The notes under the pieces: generated by a model
What the model saw: the letters and a program-made list of their open reading frames with translations, nothing else
Databases searched by the model: none
What the model was told of the DNA's origin: nothing
NCBI GenBank assembly: GCA_963810205.1
Contig: CAWEMP010000018.1
Span: 169,001 to 233,000 of the forward strand
Direction: 5' to 3'
Origin: an uncultured Acidobacteriota bacterium
GTDB taxonomy: Bacteria; Acidobacteriota; Thermoanaerobaculia; UBA5066; Gp7-AA6
Length of the DNA: 64,000 bases
Shown here: positions 30,104 through 42,409 of the stretch, in pieces
Layout of the letters: each line of letters opens with the position of its first letter
How positions within the stretch are numbered: position 1 is the first letter of the stretch
Made by a program: the position numbers and the translations under genes

Positions 30104-32745
30104 GTGACGCTCGCCGCCGGCACGAAGCTGGGCCCGTACGAGATCCTCGTCGCCGCTCGGCGCGGGCGGGATGGGCGAGGTGTACCGGGCGCGGGACGCG
30201 CAAGCTCAACCGCGACGTCGCGATCAAGGTGCTGCCGGCGGCGTTCGCGGAGGACGCGGAGCGGCTGGCGCGGTTCCAGCGGGAGGCGCAGGTCGCTGGC
30301 GTCGCTGAATCACCCGCACATCGCCGCGATCTACGGACTCGGAGAACGTCGGGCAGCGTCGAGGCGCTCGTGCTGGAGCTCGTCGAGGGCGAGACGCTCG
30401 CGGAGCGGATCGCGAGCGGGCCGATTCCTGTCGACGAGGCCCTGGCGATCGCGCGCCAGATCGCCGACGCGCTCGAGGCGGCGCACGAGAAGGGGATCGT
30501 GCACCGGGACCTGAAGCCGGCCAACGTCAAGGTCACGCCGGAGGGCAAGGTCAAGGTCCTCGACTTCGGCCTGGCGAAGGCGTTGACGGGCGACGCGTCG
30601 TCGCCGGACCAGACGCACTCGCCGACGCTGACGGCCGCGGCGACGCAGGCCGGGGTCGTCATCGGGACGGCGGCGTACATGTCGCCGGAGCAGGCGCGAG
30701 GGCAAGGCCGGTCGACAAGCGCGCCGACATCTGGGCCTTCGGCGCGGTGCTCTACGAGATGCTCTCGGGCAGCAAGGCGTTCGACGGCGAGACGGTCTCG
30801 GACACGCTGGCCGCGATGCTGCGCGCCGACTCGGACTGGTCGCGTCTCCCGCCGGAGCACGCCGCCCGCGGTCCGCGAGCGCTTCTGCGCCACTGCCTCG
30901 ACCGCGAGCGAAGTACCGGCTCGCGCGACATCGCCGACGCGCCGATCGCTTTCGGACGGCTCGCGGGAGCGTCGTTCCCGGCGCGCTCGCCGCCGCCCCG
31001 GGTCCGCCGAATTCCCGCCGGGCTCCTGTGGGGTATTGCGGGGCTTCTCGCCGGAGCGATCACGGCGCCTGCTCTCGAGCGGGCGTCTTTCCCGGCACGC
31101 CTCCCCGGGCCAGCCGGTTCGTTTCGAAGTCGCCGCGCCGCCGGACCACCGCGTCGTGGGGACCGTCGCGCTCGCGCGAGACGGCAGCCATCGTCGCCTT
31201 CACGGCACGAGCGCCGGACGGCGTCGACGCGCTCTGGATTCGTGCGCTCGAGATCAAGCGGCGAGGTTGCAGGGAACCGAAGGCGCGCACCTTCCCTTCT
31301 GGTCGCCCGACGGCCGTTCCGTGGGGTATGTCGCCAGCGGAGCTCTCAAAGGCATCGCGACTCGGGTGGCCGCGCCTCGGAGCGACGCTGGCCTCTGTGA
31401 CGACGACGTTCGCGGTGCGTGCTGGGACGAAGCCGACCGGTCGTCTTCGCGCCGGCATTACCGGGCCTCATGCAGGTTTCGGCCTCGGGAGGGATGGTCA
31501 AGCCGTGCTCACGCTCTGGACAAGCCGGAGCGGGACTTCCATCCGCGGCCCGCTTCCCGGACGGGCGGCTTTCCTCTACTTCGCCACGGGTCCACCGGAC
31601 AGGGCCCGGCGAGATCATCGTCGGGGAGGTCGGGTCGGGCAAGGTCAAGCACGTCGTGCAGTCGAGCTCGATCGCGGCTACGCGAACCCGGGATACCTCT
31701 TATTCGTCCGCGGCCAGCTCCCTTCGGCGCAGCGCGTCCGACGCCGACGGCTCGGGCGTTCCCGTTCACGCGACGCCTCTCGGCGACGATCGTCGCCGAA
31801 TTCGTCGACGAGGGGCCTGCGGGCCATCTCCGCTTCTCTCGAGGGAACGATCTGCTGGCGCGCTCCAGCGAGCTCGACGAGCCAGCCGGTGGTGCTCGAT
31901 CGCCAGGGACGCGAGATCGGAAGGCTCGCGGAGGCCGGGACCTGGTACTACCCTCATCTCTCTCCGGACGGTCAGCGGCTGGCCGCCGCGGAGTGGCCGA
32001 CACCACCGTCGGGACATCTGGACGATCGACATCGCTCGGAACGTGGCGACGCGCATGACTCTGGACCCGGGGGACGACCAGAGCCCGATCTGGTCGCCCG
32101 AGGGTACGCGGATCGTCTTCAACTCGGACCGCAAGGGCGCCTCGGGCAACCTTTACGAAATGCGGGCCGACAGCCGGGCAGCGAAGAGCTCGTTCTCGCG
32201 ACCGAAGACGCGAAGACCGCCGAATCGTGGGCGCCGGACGGCCGCTCGCTGATCTTCCAGCTCAGTACGCCTCGAGACCGGGCGGACCTCTGGCTGCTTC
32301 CTCTCGAGGGAGATCGAGAAGCCAGCGCCGTTTCTGGCGACAACCTTCTCCGAGCGGAATGCCCGCTTCTCTCCCGACGGCCGGTGGGTGGCATACACAT
32401 CCGATGTCTCGGGCGCCTTCGAGGTCTACGTCCGGCCGTTCCCGAATCCGGCGGAACGTGGAGAGTCTCGAACCGCGGCGACCAGACTCCTGCCTGGAGA
32501 GGCGACGGCCGCGAGATCTACTTCTCGCTCCCGATGACATGCTGATGGCCGCGGCTGTAAAGGGCACCGCGCCCTTTCAGACCGAAGCCCCGGCGCCTCT
32601 CTTCAAGCTCGCGGTCTCCGATGGCGGTCGATCCTCAGTACGACGTATTCCCGGACGGCAAGCGCTTTCTCGTCAACGCAGCGAGATCTCGTCGGAGGAG
32701 GAGCCGACCAACGTGCTCGGTGCAACTGGGCCGCGGCCCTCAAGA
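30104..32745 (+). pseudogene. Ser/Thr protein kinase with PD40/TolB-like beta-propeller ectodomain (K7, subfamily II), many frameshifts; 3' end approximate
   Basis: GTG 30104 ([15 protein letters not shown]..). Pieces in all three frames give [84 protein letters not shown] and a NWAAALKK-type C-terminus near 32740. No clean stop lies before K8. Confidence 0.8.
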
Positions 32746-32760
32746 AGACCGCGAGGGCCA

Positions 32761-35451
32761 ATGACGCTCGCGGCCGGGACGAAGCTCGGGCCTTACGAGA
32801 TCCTGGCGCCGATCGGCGCGGGCGGGATGGGCGAGGTCTACAAGGCGCGAGACGAGCGTCTCGAGCGCACGGTCGCGGTCAAGGTCCTGCCGCCGCATCT
32901 CTCGTCGAGCCCGGAGCTGCGGCAGCGATTCGAGCGCGAGGCGAAGACCATCTCGCAGATCTCGCACCCGCACATCTGCGCGCTCTACGACGTCAACCGC
33001 GAGGGCGAGACCGAGTACCTCGTCATGGAGTACCTCGAGGGCGAGACGCTGGCGGATCGCCTGAGCAAGGGCCCGCTGCCGGCCGAGCAGCTCCTGCGGT
33101 CCGGGATCGAGATCGCCGACGCGCTCGACAAGGCGCACCGGCAGGGCATCGTGCACCGGGACCTGAAGCCCGGCAACGTGATGCTGACGAAATCCGGGGT
33201 CAAGCTGCTCGACTTCGGCCTGGCGAAGTTCCAGGCGGCGGGCCGCGACGTTTCGTCCGGCGTCTCGCGCCTCGCGACGGAGATGCAGGCGAGCCAGCCG
33301 CTGACCGAGCGCGGCACCGTGCTCGGCACCTTCCAGTACATGGCGCCCGAGCAGCTCGAGGGCAAGGACGCCGACGCCCGCAGCGACCTCTTCGCCTTCG
33401 GCGCCGTGCTCTACGAGATGGCGACGGGCAAGAAGGCGTTCTCCGGCTCGAGCCAGGCCTCGCTCATCGGGGCGATCCTGCGCGACGACCCGCCGGCGAT
33501 CTCGGAGATCTCGCCGATGATCCCGCCGGCCTTGAACCGCGTCGTCAAGACCTGCCTCGCCAAGGACCCGGAGGACCGCTTCCAGACGGCACACGACGCG
33601 AAGCTCCAGCTCCAGTGGATCGCCGAGGGCGGCTCGCAGGCGGGGCTGCCCGCGCCGGTCGTCGCGCGCCGCAAGAACCGGGAGAAGCTCGCCTGGGCCG
33701 TCGCGGCCGCGGCGATCGTCGCGGCCGGACTCGCGACGTTCGGTTACCTTCGCCGGGCGCCGCGCGCGGCGACGCGCGTCGGCGCGTTCGTGCTGCCGGC
33801 CGAGAAGTCCGAGCTCCAGTTGTCCGAGGCGGGCTGCGGCTCGCTCACGGTGTCGCCGGACGGCCGCCTCATCACGTTCTCTGCGAAGGATGCCGACGGC
33901 AAGACCCTGCTGTGGCTCCGGCCCACGGGCGAGCTCGCGGCCAGGCCGATTCCCGGGACGCATGGGGCGACCTTTCCGTTCTGGTCGCCCGACAGCCGGT
34001 TTCTCGCGTTCTTCGCCGACGGCAAGCTCCAGAAGGTGGACATCTCCGGCGCGCCGCCGCTTCCGGTGTGCGACGCGCCGGCGGGCCGCAGCGGCGCCTG
34101 GAATCGGGATGGCGTCATTCTCTTCTCGCCGGACACGACGACGGGCCTCGTTCGGGTCCCCGCGGCGGGGGGCACGCCGAAGCCGGCGACGACGCTCGAT
34201 GGCGCTCGCGTCGAGACGACGCACCGGTGGGCGACGTTTCTGCCGGATGGGCGCCACTTCCTCTACATGGCGGGCGCGCATTCGGCCGGCACGAAGAGCG
34301 ACTCGAACGCGATCTACCTCGGGGCCCTCGACTCGAACGAGAAGACCCTCCTCCTGCAGGCCCGCTCGAACGTCGTCTATGCCTCGGGCTACCTGCTCTA
34401 CGTGCGCGAGCGGATCCTGCTCGCGCAGCGCTTCGACCCGGGCGCCCGGCGTCTCGTCGGGGAAGCGGTCCCGGTGGCCGAGGGCGTGCAGTACGACCCG
34501 GCGTTTTTCCGGGGCGTGTTCGCGGCCTCGGAGGACGGCGTCCTCGTGTACGCCCTCGGCGCGGCAGGCTCGGCCGCGACCCGGCTCACGTGGATGGATC
34601 GCGCGGGAAAGCCGCTGGGCGAGCCCCTGGGGGAGCCCGCGGAGTACCAGGGTCTTTCGCTTTCGGCGGACGGAAAGCGCATCGCCGCCTGGATCAACGA
34701 TCCGACGACGGGGGCCGGATCGATCTGGCTCGTCGACGGCCGCGGGGTCCGCACCCGTTTCACGTTCGGCGACCTCTCGGAGTCGCCCGTGTGGTCGCGG
34801 GACGGGAGCCGCATCGCGTTCCAGAGGCTGGACAAGAAGGGGGTCGATCAGATTCGCGTGAAGGCCTTGAGCGGCTCCGGCCAGGAAGAGCTCGTGTTTC
34901 AAGGAAAGCCGGCGACCCCGCTCGACTGGTCTCCGGACGGCGCCTACCTCGCGGTGCAGGTGCACCAGCGCAGCGGCGTCACGACGGGTGAAGACATCTG
35001 GATGGTCCCGCTCTCCGGCGACCGGAAGCCGTTCCCGTTCCTCGCGGGAGAGTTCAACGAGACCGGCGCCTCCTTCTCGCCGGACGGCAAGTGGGTGAGT
35101 TTCTCCTCGAACGAGTCGGGGCGGGACGAGCTCTACGTCGTTCCGTTTCCGGGGCCGGGCGGCAAGTACCAGATCTCCGCGGGCGGCTCCCAGGGAGGAG
35201 CCTTCTTCAAGGGCGGCCGGGAGATCCTCTACGGAACTCCGGATAACGACGTGGTTTCCGTGGACGTCAAGGCCAGCCCGTCGGGGCTCGAGGTCGGCCC
35301 GCCGAAGAAGCTCTTCAAGGTCCCTTCGGCTACTGCCGTCGCGATCACGCCCGACGGCGAGAGATTCCTCCTCGCCGTGCTCCCGCAGGGGACCGCGGCG
35401 CCGCGCGTGGCGCTCGTGACCAACTGGACGGCGGGGCTCGAGAAGAAGTAA
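32761..35451 (+). CDS. Ser/Thr protein kinase with PD40/TolB-like beta-propeller ectodomain (K8, subfamily I)
   Basis: ATG 32761 ([31 protein letters not shown]) and intact to 35451. The TM segment is [21 protein letters not shown], followed by PD40 repeats and the C-terminus NWTAGLEKK. Confidence 0.92.
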   Translation: MTLAAGTKLGPYEILAPIGAGGMGEVYKARDERLERTVAVKVLPPHLSSSPELRQRFEREAKTISQISHPHICALYDVNREGETEYLVMEYLEGETLADRLSKGPLPAEQLLRSGIEIADALDKAHRQGIVHRDLKPGNVMLTKSGVKLLDFGLAKFQAAGRDVSSGVSRLATEMQASQPLTERGTVLGTFQYMAPEQLEGKDADARSDLFAFGAVLYEMATGKKAFSGSSQASLIGAILRDDPPAISEISPMIPPALNRVVKTCLAKDPEDRFQTAHDAKLQLQWIAEGGSQAGLPAPVVARRKNREKLAWAVAAAAIVAAGLATFGYLRRAPRAATRVGAFVLPAEKSELQLSEAGCGSLTVSPDGRLITFSAKDADGKTLLWLRPTGELAARPIPGTHGATFPFWSPDSRFLAFFADGKLQKVDISGAPPLPVCDAPAGRSGAWNRDGVILFSPDTTTGLVRVPAAGGTPKPATTLDGARVETTHRWATFLPDGRHFLYMAGAHSAGTKSDSNAIYLGALDSNEKTLLLQARSNVVYASGYLLYVRERILLAQRFDPGARRLVGEAVPVAEGVQYDPAFFRGVFAASEDGVLVYALGAAGSAATRLTWMDRAGKPLGEPLGEPAEYQGLSLSADGKRIAAWINDPTTGAGSIWLVDGRGVRTRFTFGDLSESPVWSRDGSRIAFQRLDKKGVDQIRVKALSGSGQEELVFQGKPATPLDWSPDGAYLAVQVHQRSGVTTGEDIWMVPLSGDRKPFPFLAGEFNETGASFSPDGKWVSFSSNESGRDELYVVPFPGPGGKYQISAGGSQGGAFFKGGREILYGTPDNDVVSVDVKASPSGLEVGPPKKLFKVPSATAVAITPDGERFLLAVLPQGTAAPRVALVTNWTAGLEKK

Positions 35452-35465
35452 AGACGGCTCAGCAA

Positions 35466-35538
35466 ATGACGCTCGCGGCCGGAACGAAGCTCGGCCCCTA
35501 CGAGATCCTGTCGCCGCTGGGCGCGGGCGGGATGGGGG
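35466..35538 (+). pseudogene. orphan 5' stub of a kinase gene ([24 protein letters not shown])
   Basis: ATG 35466 lies 14 nt after the K8 stop. Its 24 kinase codons end at GGGATGGGGG/ACCGTCGCT, the same junction as at 13861/13862. It differs from the K9 5' end at about nine positions and resembles K11/K12-type 5' ends ([11 protein letters not shown]). Confidence 0.7.
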
Positions 35539-35692
35539 ACCGTCGCTCCGCTGACTCGGAGGTCTGGCTTCGCCACCGGCGCGCGGCTCGCGGACGGCGC
35601 TCGACCGCACGCCTGACCTCCTCGCTGCGCTTCGCTCCCGCGGCGCGAACCTCCTCCCTCCCTTCGGTCGGGAGACTATTCGCGCCGCGAAC
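35539..35692 (+). repeat. kinase-leader structured repeat, copy R5
   Basis: Near-identical to R2. P1 is GGAGGTC/GACCTCC and hairpin 2 is GGCGCGCGG/CCGCACGCC, with the invariant 3' domain. It lies 54 nt upstream of the K9 ATG. Confidence 0.85.
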
Positions 35693-35746
35693 GATAGAGA
35701 GAGTGCCATGAAATGAAATCGCCGGGCTTGTTGGAGGTCGGCTGAG

Positions 35747-38434
35747 ATGACGCTCGCGGCAGGAACCAGGCTCGGGCCCTACGAGATCCTGGCGCCGCTC
35801 GGTGCGGGCGGCATGGGAGAGGTGTACCGGGCGCGGGACACGCGGCTCGAGCGGACGGTGGCGGTGAAGGTGCTGCCGGAGCGCCTGGCGGAGGATGACG
35901 ACGCGCTGGCGCGCTTCGGGCGGGAGGCGAAGGCGGTCGCGGCGCTGTCGCACCCGAACATCCTCGCGATCCACGACTTCGGGCACGAGGGCAGCGGTCG
36001 CCTATGCCGTGTCCGAGCTTCTCGAGGGCGAGACGCTGCGCGAGGCCCTCGCGTCGGGGCCGCTGTCTTCCCGCAAGGCGACGGAGTACGGCGTGCAGAT
36101 CGCGCTGGGCCTCGCCGCGGCCCACGAGAAGGGGATCGTCCATCGGGACCTGAAGCCCGACAACATCTTCATCACGCGCGACGAGCGGCTCAAGATCCTC
36201 GACTTCGGCCTCGCCAAGCCCGGCGCTGGCTTCGCCAGACGCCCGCGACGAGACACAGTCGCCGACCGTCTCGGGCTACACGGAGCCCGGCAAGGTGATG
36301 GGCACGGTCGGCTACATGTCGCCGGAGCAGGTCCGGGGCATCGCGGTCGATCACCGGTCCGACATCTTTTCGTTCGGCGCCGTGCTCTACGAGATGCTGA
36401 CGGGAAGCCGGGCCTTTGCAGCGGGAGACCGCGGCCGAGACGATGACGGCGATCCTCAAGGAGGAGCCCCGCGAGCCGACGTCGGTCGGCTGCGGATGCA
36501 TCGGCGCTCGTCCCGGTCCTTCGGCACTGCCTGGAGAAGAAGCCCGAGAAGCGCTTCCAGTCGGCGCGGGACCTCGCCTTCGCCCTGGAGACGGCCTCCG
36601 GGACGACGGGCTCCGCCGCCGTGGCGGTCGCTCCGGCCGCGCCGCGCTCCGCCCCGGTGTGGAAGTGGCTCGGCGTCGCGGCACTCGCTGCGGCCGCGGC
36701 GCTCGCCGGCTACTTCGTTCGCGGCCGGTCGGGCGACGGCTCCCGCGCCGGACTGGAGCGAGGCGACGATCACGCCGCTGACGACGGATCCGGGCTACGA
36801 AGGGGAGCCGACGTTCTCTCCCGACGGACAGACGATCGCCTACGTCTCCGACCGCGACGGGAACTTCGAGATCTATCTGCAGCAGATCGCGGGCGGGCCC
36901 GCGCTCAATCTGACGAACAACCGGGCGGCGGACATCCAGCCGGCCATTTCTCCCGACGGCCGCGAGATCGCGTTCGTCTCGAATCGCTCGAGCAGCTCGG
37001 ACATCATTCACGCGGCTCCCGGCCTGCCGCTCGTCGGAGGCGACATCTGGGTGATGCCCGCCCTCGGGGGTCCGGCCCGCCGGATCGTCGAGAACGGAGA
37101 TTGCCCGTCCTGGACGCCGGACGGAGCGAGCCTCCTCTACGTTCACGGCACTTTCCGAAATACGCGGATCGCGCGTCGTTCCCGCGGCGGGAGGGGAGAG
37201 CCGCGACCTGCCGATCGAAGAGCCCTATCGTGGCCCGGTATTTCTGTTCCCGAGCCTCTCGGAGGACGGCCGGTGGCTGCTCTTCCAGAACGGCAATCAG
37301 GTCGAGGTCGTCCCCGCGAGGAGGCGGGAAAGCGAAGGTCCTCGCTCGCGGCGAGGCGCCGGCATGGGGGCCCGGATCGACGAGCATCCTGTACACGAAC
37401 GACACGCCCGGCAAGGGCCGCACGCTCTGGCGGGCGCCCTTCTCGCTCGACGCGGGGAGAGCTTTCGGGACGGCCCGAGCCGCTCACCTTCGGGCGCGGC
37501 GCCGACCTCGGGGCGAAGGCCTCGCGCGACGGAACGGCGGTCGCGTTCTCCGCGGTGGACGAGAGTCTCAACCTCGAGGAGCTTCCGTTCGATGCGGAGG
37601 CCGGTCGCGCGACGGGACCGGTCCGGGAGCTGACCTCCGGAAACAACCGCGTGGGATTCTTCGACCCCGCCCCCGACGGGAAAGCGGTCGTCTTCGCGGC
37701 GGACCGCGGCGCCCGGGCGCATCTCTGGCGCATCGATCCGCCGGCGCTTCCGGTCGAGCTCACGCGCGATCCGAACTACTCGGAGACGTACCCCGAGTGG
37801 TCGCTCGACGGCAGCGAGATCGCGTTTTCTCGATCGGTCGGCGGAGCCGGCGAAGGCGCCCAGGCGCTCTGGATCATGAAGGCGGACGGCACCAACCCGC
37901 GGCGGGTCACCGACTTCTCAGGGCAGATGGTCTGGTTGTCGGATCGGAAGGCGCATCATCCAGCGCGGCGAAAACCTGATGCGGCTCGATCTCGTCTCGG
38001 GCGCCACCGAGCCCGTTGCGCGGGAGCCAGAAGCCGGACGCTTCTTTCCGTCGATCGCGCCGGTCAGTGGCTCGCGTACCAGAGCAGCGAGGGCGGCGCG
38101 ATGAACATCGTGGCCATCCCGGTCGCCGGCGGAACCCCGCGGCTCGGTCGCGACTGGGCCGTACGAGGCCTACCACCCGTTCTTCTCGCCGTCCGGCCGC
38201 TGGCTGTATTTCCAGCCGGCGCACAAGAACCTCTACCGCGTGCCCGGCCCGGCGCAGGGCTGGGCGACCGCCGTTCCGCAGAAGGTGACAGACTTCTCCG
38301 GGCTCGACCTCTACATCGAAAATCCCAGGATCTCGCGCGACGGCTCGAAGCTCTTCTATACGCGAGGGCGTAGGACGGGGGACATCTTCATCCTCCACTT
38401 CGGAACGACGCGGAGACGAAGTCGCCACCGATGA
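35747..38434 (+). pseudogene. Ser/Thr protein kinase with TolB-like beta-propeller ectodomain (K9, subfamily III), many frameshifts
   Basis: ATG 35747 ([31 protein letters not shown]). Pieces give [40 protein letters not shown] and [13 protein letters not shown]. TolB-like repeats follow ([50 protein letters not shown]). They are spread over three frames (ORFs 35747.., 35895.., 36295..38373, 36621.., 38240..38434). Confidence 0.8.
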
Positions 38435-38467
38435 CGCTCGCGGCTCGAATCTCGCCGGGAGGTTGCC

Positions 38468-39536
38468 ATGATCAAGATGTTGCTGTCCGCCGCGGCCGGA
38501 TTGCTCGTCAGCTTCTGTTGCTCGGCCGCCGGCCCGGACCAGGCCCCGTTCACCGTCGGCACGGCTTCCGCGAATTCCGGCCAGAAAGCCACCGGCGTTC
38601 TCGCGGTCCCCGCGGGCTCCGACGCGGCGCTGGACATTCCCGTCGCCGTCGTCCGGGGGGCGCGGCCGGGGCCGGTGCTGGCTCTCGTCGCCGGCGCGCA
38701 CGGGACCGAGTACGCCTCGATCATCGCGATCGAGCGGCTGATCGAGAGGCTCGACCCGGCGCGAGGTGTCCGGCACGGTCATCCTGGTCCCGCTCGTCAA
38801 CACGCCGTCCTTCGAGCAGAAGGTTCCGCACGTCAATCCGGTGGACGGCAAGAGCATGAACCGCTTCTATCCCGGCAAGGCGGACGGGACGCAGACGGAG
38901 CGCGCCCTTCTACTCATCACGCGGCAGATCGTCGAGCGGTGCGACTACCTGATCGACTTTCACGGCGGCGATCTCGACGAGGATCTGCGGCCCTACAGCT
39001 ACTGGCTGAAGACCGGAAACGAAAAGCAGGACGCCGCTTCGCGCCAGATGGTCCTGGCGTTCGGCCTCGGCACGATCATCATCTCCGCCGACCGCCCGAC
39101 GGATCCCGGCGCCTCGCGCTATCTCGACGCGACGGCATCCACGCGAGGCAAGCCGTCGATCACGGTCGAGGCGGGCCGCGCGGGGACCGTGGACCCGGCG
39201 GACGTGTCGGCTCTCGTCGACGGGAGCCTCTCGGTCATGCGACTGCTCAAGATGCTGCCCGGCACGCCCGCGATGGTGGATCATCCGGTCTGGATCGAGT
39301 CCATCAAGACCATCGCGAGCGAGCAGACCGGGATCTTCTATCCGCTCGTCGCTCGTGGAACCTACGTCGCACAGGGCATGCGGGTGGGGTACGTGACGGA
39401 CTACGTGGGTCGGAAAACCTTCGAGGCGCGCGCGCCGGAGGCCGGCGTCGTGCTCTACATCTGCTCGGTGCCCTCCATGAGGAAGGGGGACACGATCGCC
39501 AACATCGGGGTCGTCGCGGCGTCGCCTCCGCCATGA
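38468..39536 (+). pseudogene. succinylglutamate desuccinylase/aspartoacylase-family (M14-like) zinc hydrolase, one frameshift near 38765
   Basis: The signal-like N-terminus MIKMLLSAAAGLLVSFCCSAA and ..LVAGAHGTEYAS.. are in the first frame. VSGTVILVPLVNTPSF..NRFYPG..IDFHGGD.. is in ORF 38766..39536. The motif order is typical of the AstE/AspA family. Confidence 0.65.
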
Positions 39537-39696
39537 ACCGTCGCTGCGCTTCGCTCGGGGTCTGCGCCTGCGGCGCACCGGCGAGCGGCTCGCCGGGATG
39601 CCGGCTCGACCGCTCGCCTGATCCCTCGCGGCGCTTCGCTCCCGCGGCGCGAACCTCCTCCCTCCCTTCGGTCGGGAGACTATTCGCGCCGCGAAC
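39537..39696 (+). repeat. kinase-leader structured repeat, copy R6
   Basis: It begins directly after the upstream TGA. P1 is GGGGTC/GATCCC (contains a G-U pair), hairpin 1 is GCGCC-TGC-GGCGC and hairpin 2 is GGCGAGCGG/CCGCTCGCC, with the invariant 3' domain. It lies 35 nt upstream of the K10 GTG. Confidence 0.85.
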
Positions 39697-39731
39697 GAAA
39701 GCGAGATGGCCGCGGAAGTGGGTCGGCTGAC

Positions 39732-42409
39732 GTGAGTCTCGCGGCGGGAACGAGGCTCGGGCCCTTACGAGATCCTCTCGCCGATCGGCGCGGGAGGGAT
39801 GGGGGAGGTCTACCGGGCGCGGGACACGCGGCTGGAGCGGACGGTGGCGGTGAAGGTGCTGCCGTCGCACATGTCGGCCTCTCCGGAGATCCGGCAGCGG
39901 TTCGAGCGTGAGGCGAAGACGATCTCGCAGCTCTCGCATCCGCACATCTGCGCGCTCTACGACGTCGGGCGCGAGGGCGAGACCGAGTACCTGGTGATGG
40001 AGCTCCTCGAGGGCGAGACGCTGGCGGATCGGCTGGCGAAGGGCCCGCTGCCGCTCGAGCAGACGCTGCGGTACGGCGTGGAGATCGCCGACGCGCTGGA
40101 CAAGGCGCACCGGCAGGGGATCGTGCACCGGGACCTGAAGCCCGGCAACGTGATGCTGACGAAGTCGGGCGTGAAGCTGCTGGACTTCGGCCTGGCCAAG
40201 GCGATGGCGCCGGCGGCGACGCAGGCGAGCCTGACGTCGCTTCCGACGCAGCAGGGTCTGACGCAGGAAGGGACGATCCTCGGGACGTTCCAGTACATGG
40301 CGCCGGAGCAGCTCGAGGGCAAGGAAGCCGACGCGCGGACGGACATCTTCGCGCTTCGGCGCGGTGCTCTACGAGATGGCGACGGGGAAGAAGGCGTTCT
40401 CGGGCGGCGAGCCAGGCGTCGCTGATCACGGCGATCATGTCGAGCGAGCCCGCCGCCGATCTCGGCGGTGCAGCCGATGTCGCCGCCCGCGCTCGACCGC
40501 GTGGTGAAGAAGTGCCTCGCCAAGGACCCGGAGGATCGCTGGCAGAACGCCGCGGACCTCGGCAGCGAGCTCAAGTGGATCGGCGAATCCGGCTCGCAGG
40601 CGGGAGTTCCCGCGCCGATCGCCCTGCGCCGCCGCGTGCGCCTCGGGGCCACTGGCACGATCGCAGGCGTCATTCTCGGAGCCCTGGTCGGAGGGCTCGG
40701 GGTTCGGTGGTGGCTCTCCCGCGAGCCGGCGCGCGAGGCGCCGAAGCCAGCATGGCTCTCGATGCTTCTTCCCTCCGACGCGCCGCTGGCTTCCTACGGC
40801 GCGCAGACGCTCGCGTTCTCTCCCGACGGGACTCGCCTGGTCTACGCCGCGGAACACGGCGGAACGACACAGCTCTACCTGCGCTCCCTCGACCGTCTGG
40901 ACGCGATGCCCGTTCGGGACAGCGAGGGCGCGATGAGCGCCTTCTTCTCCCCCGACTCTCGGTGGCTCGGGTTCTTCGCCGGCACCAGGCTCATGAAGGT
41001 CCCGGTCGAAGGAGGAGTGCCGCAGACGCATCTGCGAAGCCGCCGAGGTCCGAGGGGCGAGCTGGGGCTCGGACGGCACCATCGTCTTTTCCTCGGGCAC
41101 CTCCGGATTGCTGCGCGTCTCCGCCTCGGGCGGGACATCTCGAATGCTCCTGCCCCGGATGCCAAGCACGGCGAGGTACCTTCTACTGGCCGGAAATCCT
41201 GCCGGGAGACGAGGCGGTTCTCTTCACGACTCGCTCGGCGAGGCGCAGGCCTCCGTCTTCTCCCTCGAAGACCGGCAAGCGCACGCGACCTGATCGAGGG
41301 AACGGAGCGCGCTATTCCCCCTCGGGCCATCTCGTCTTTGCGCGCGGCGGGTCGCTCTTCGCCGCGCCCTTCGATGTCAGGCGCCTGGAGCTGACCGGGC
41401 CCGCCGTCTCGGTCCTGGACGGCGTGATGATCCTCTCCCCGTTCAACAGCCCGTCTGTTCGGTCTTTCGGCCGTCGGAACTCTCGCCTACGCTCCCGGGT
41501 CTCCGCCCCGAGCACACCCTGGTCTGGGTCGACCGACAGGGCAAGGTCGAGCCGCTCCCTTCGAGCCCGCACCTACGAGGAGCCCCGCCTCTCGCCCGAC
41601 GGGAAGCGGCTCGCGGTCACGATCCGGGCGAGACAACCCGGACATCTGGGTCCTGGACATCTCTCGAGGCGCGTCGGCGCGGCTGACTTTCGACGCGGGG
41701 GAGGACGAGACGCCGTCTGGACTCCCGACGGCGCCAGAGGTCACCTACAGCGCCGACCGCGCGGGAAGCCCTCGCGCCATCTACTCGAAGTCCGTCCGAC
41801 GGCAGCGGCGCCGAAGAGCGGCTCCTGGCGAGCGCGACGCACCCTCACGTCAGCTCCTGGTCTCCGGACGGAAGGACGCTCGTCTACACCGAGTTCGATC
41901 CCGTCTTCTCCGGCGACATCTGGTCTGTTGACGTTCGGCGAGAAGGTCGCACCGGCGCCCCTGGCTGCGCACGCCCTTCAACGAGCGAGCGGCCGCGCTT
42001 CTCTCCTGACGGCCGCTGGCTCGCCTACGTCTCCAACGAGTCGGGACGCGACGAGATCTACGTGCAGCCCTTTCCCGGGCCGGGAGGCAAGTGGCAGATT
42101 TCGGTCTCCGGCGGAACCGAGCCGGTCTGGTCTCCCGACGGCAAGGAGATCTTCTATCGTGCCGGCGACAAGATGATGGTCGGTTCGCGTCGCGGCCGGC
42201 CAGACCTTCTCGGCGGAGACTCCGCAGTGCTGTTCGAGGGCCGCTTCGTGCCGACGCGCCGTGGCGACGCGGCCTACGACGTGTCGTCCCGATGACCGGC
42301 GATTCGTCATGATCCAGCGCGACGTGCAGTCGGTGGCCACCCACCTCAACGTGGTCCTGAATTTCTCGGAGGAGTTGAAGCGCCGCGCACCGGCGGAAGG
42401 CAGCCGTGA
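39732..42409 (+). pseudogene. Ser/Thr protein kinase with PD40/TolB-like beta-propeller ectodomain (K10, subfamily I), many frameshifts; 3' end approximate
   Basis: [12 protein letters not shown] is read from GTG 39732, and an extra T at about 39768 breaks the frame at once. ORF 39799..40425 gives an almost complete kinase domain. ORFs 40468.., 41xxx and 42062..42295 give the TM segment and PD40 repeats. The C-terminus VVLNFSEELKRR lies just before the K11 GTG. Confidence 0.8.
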
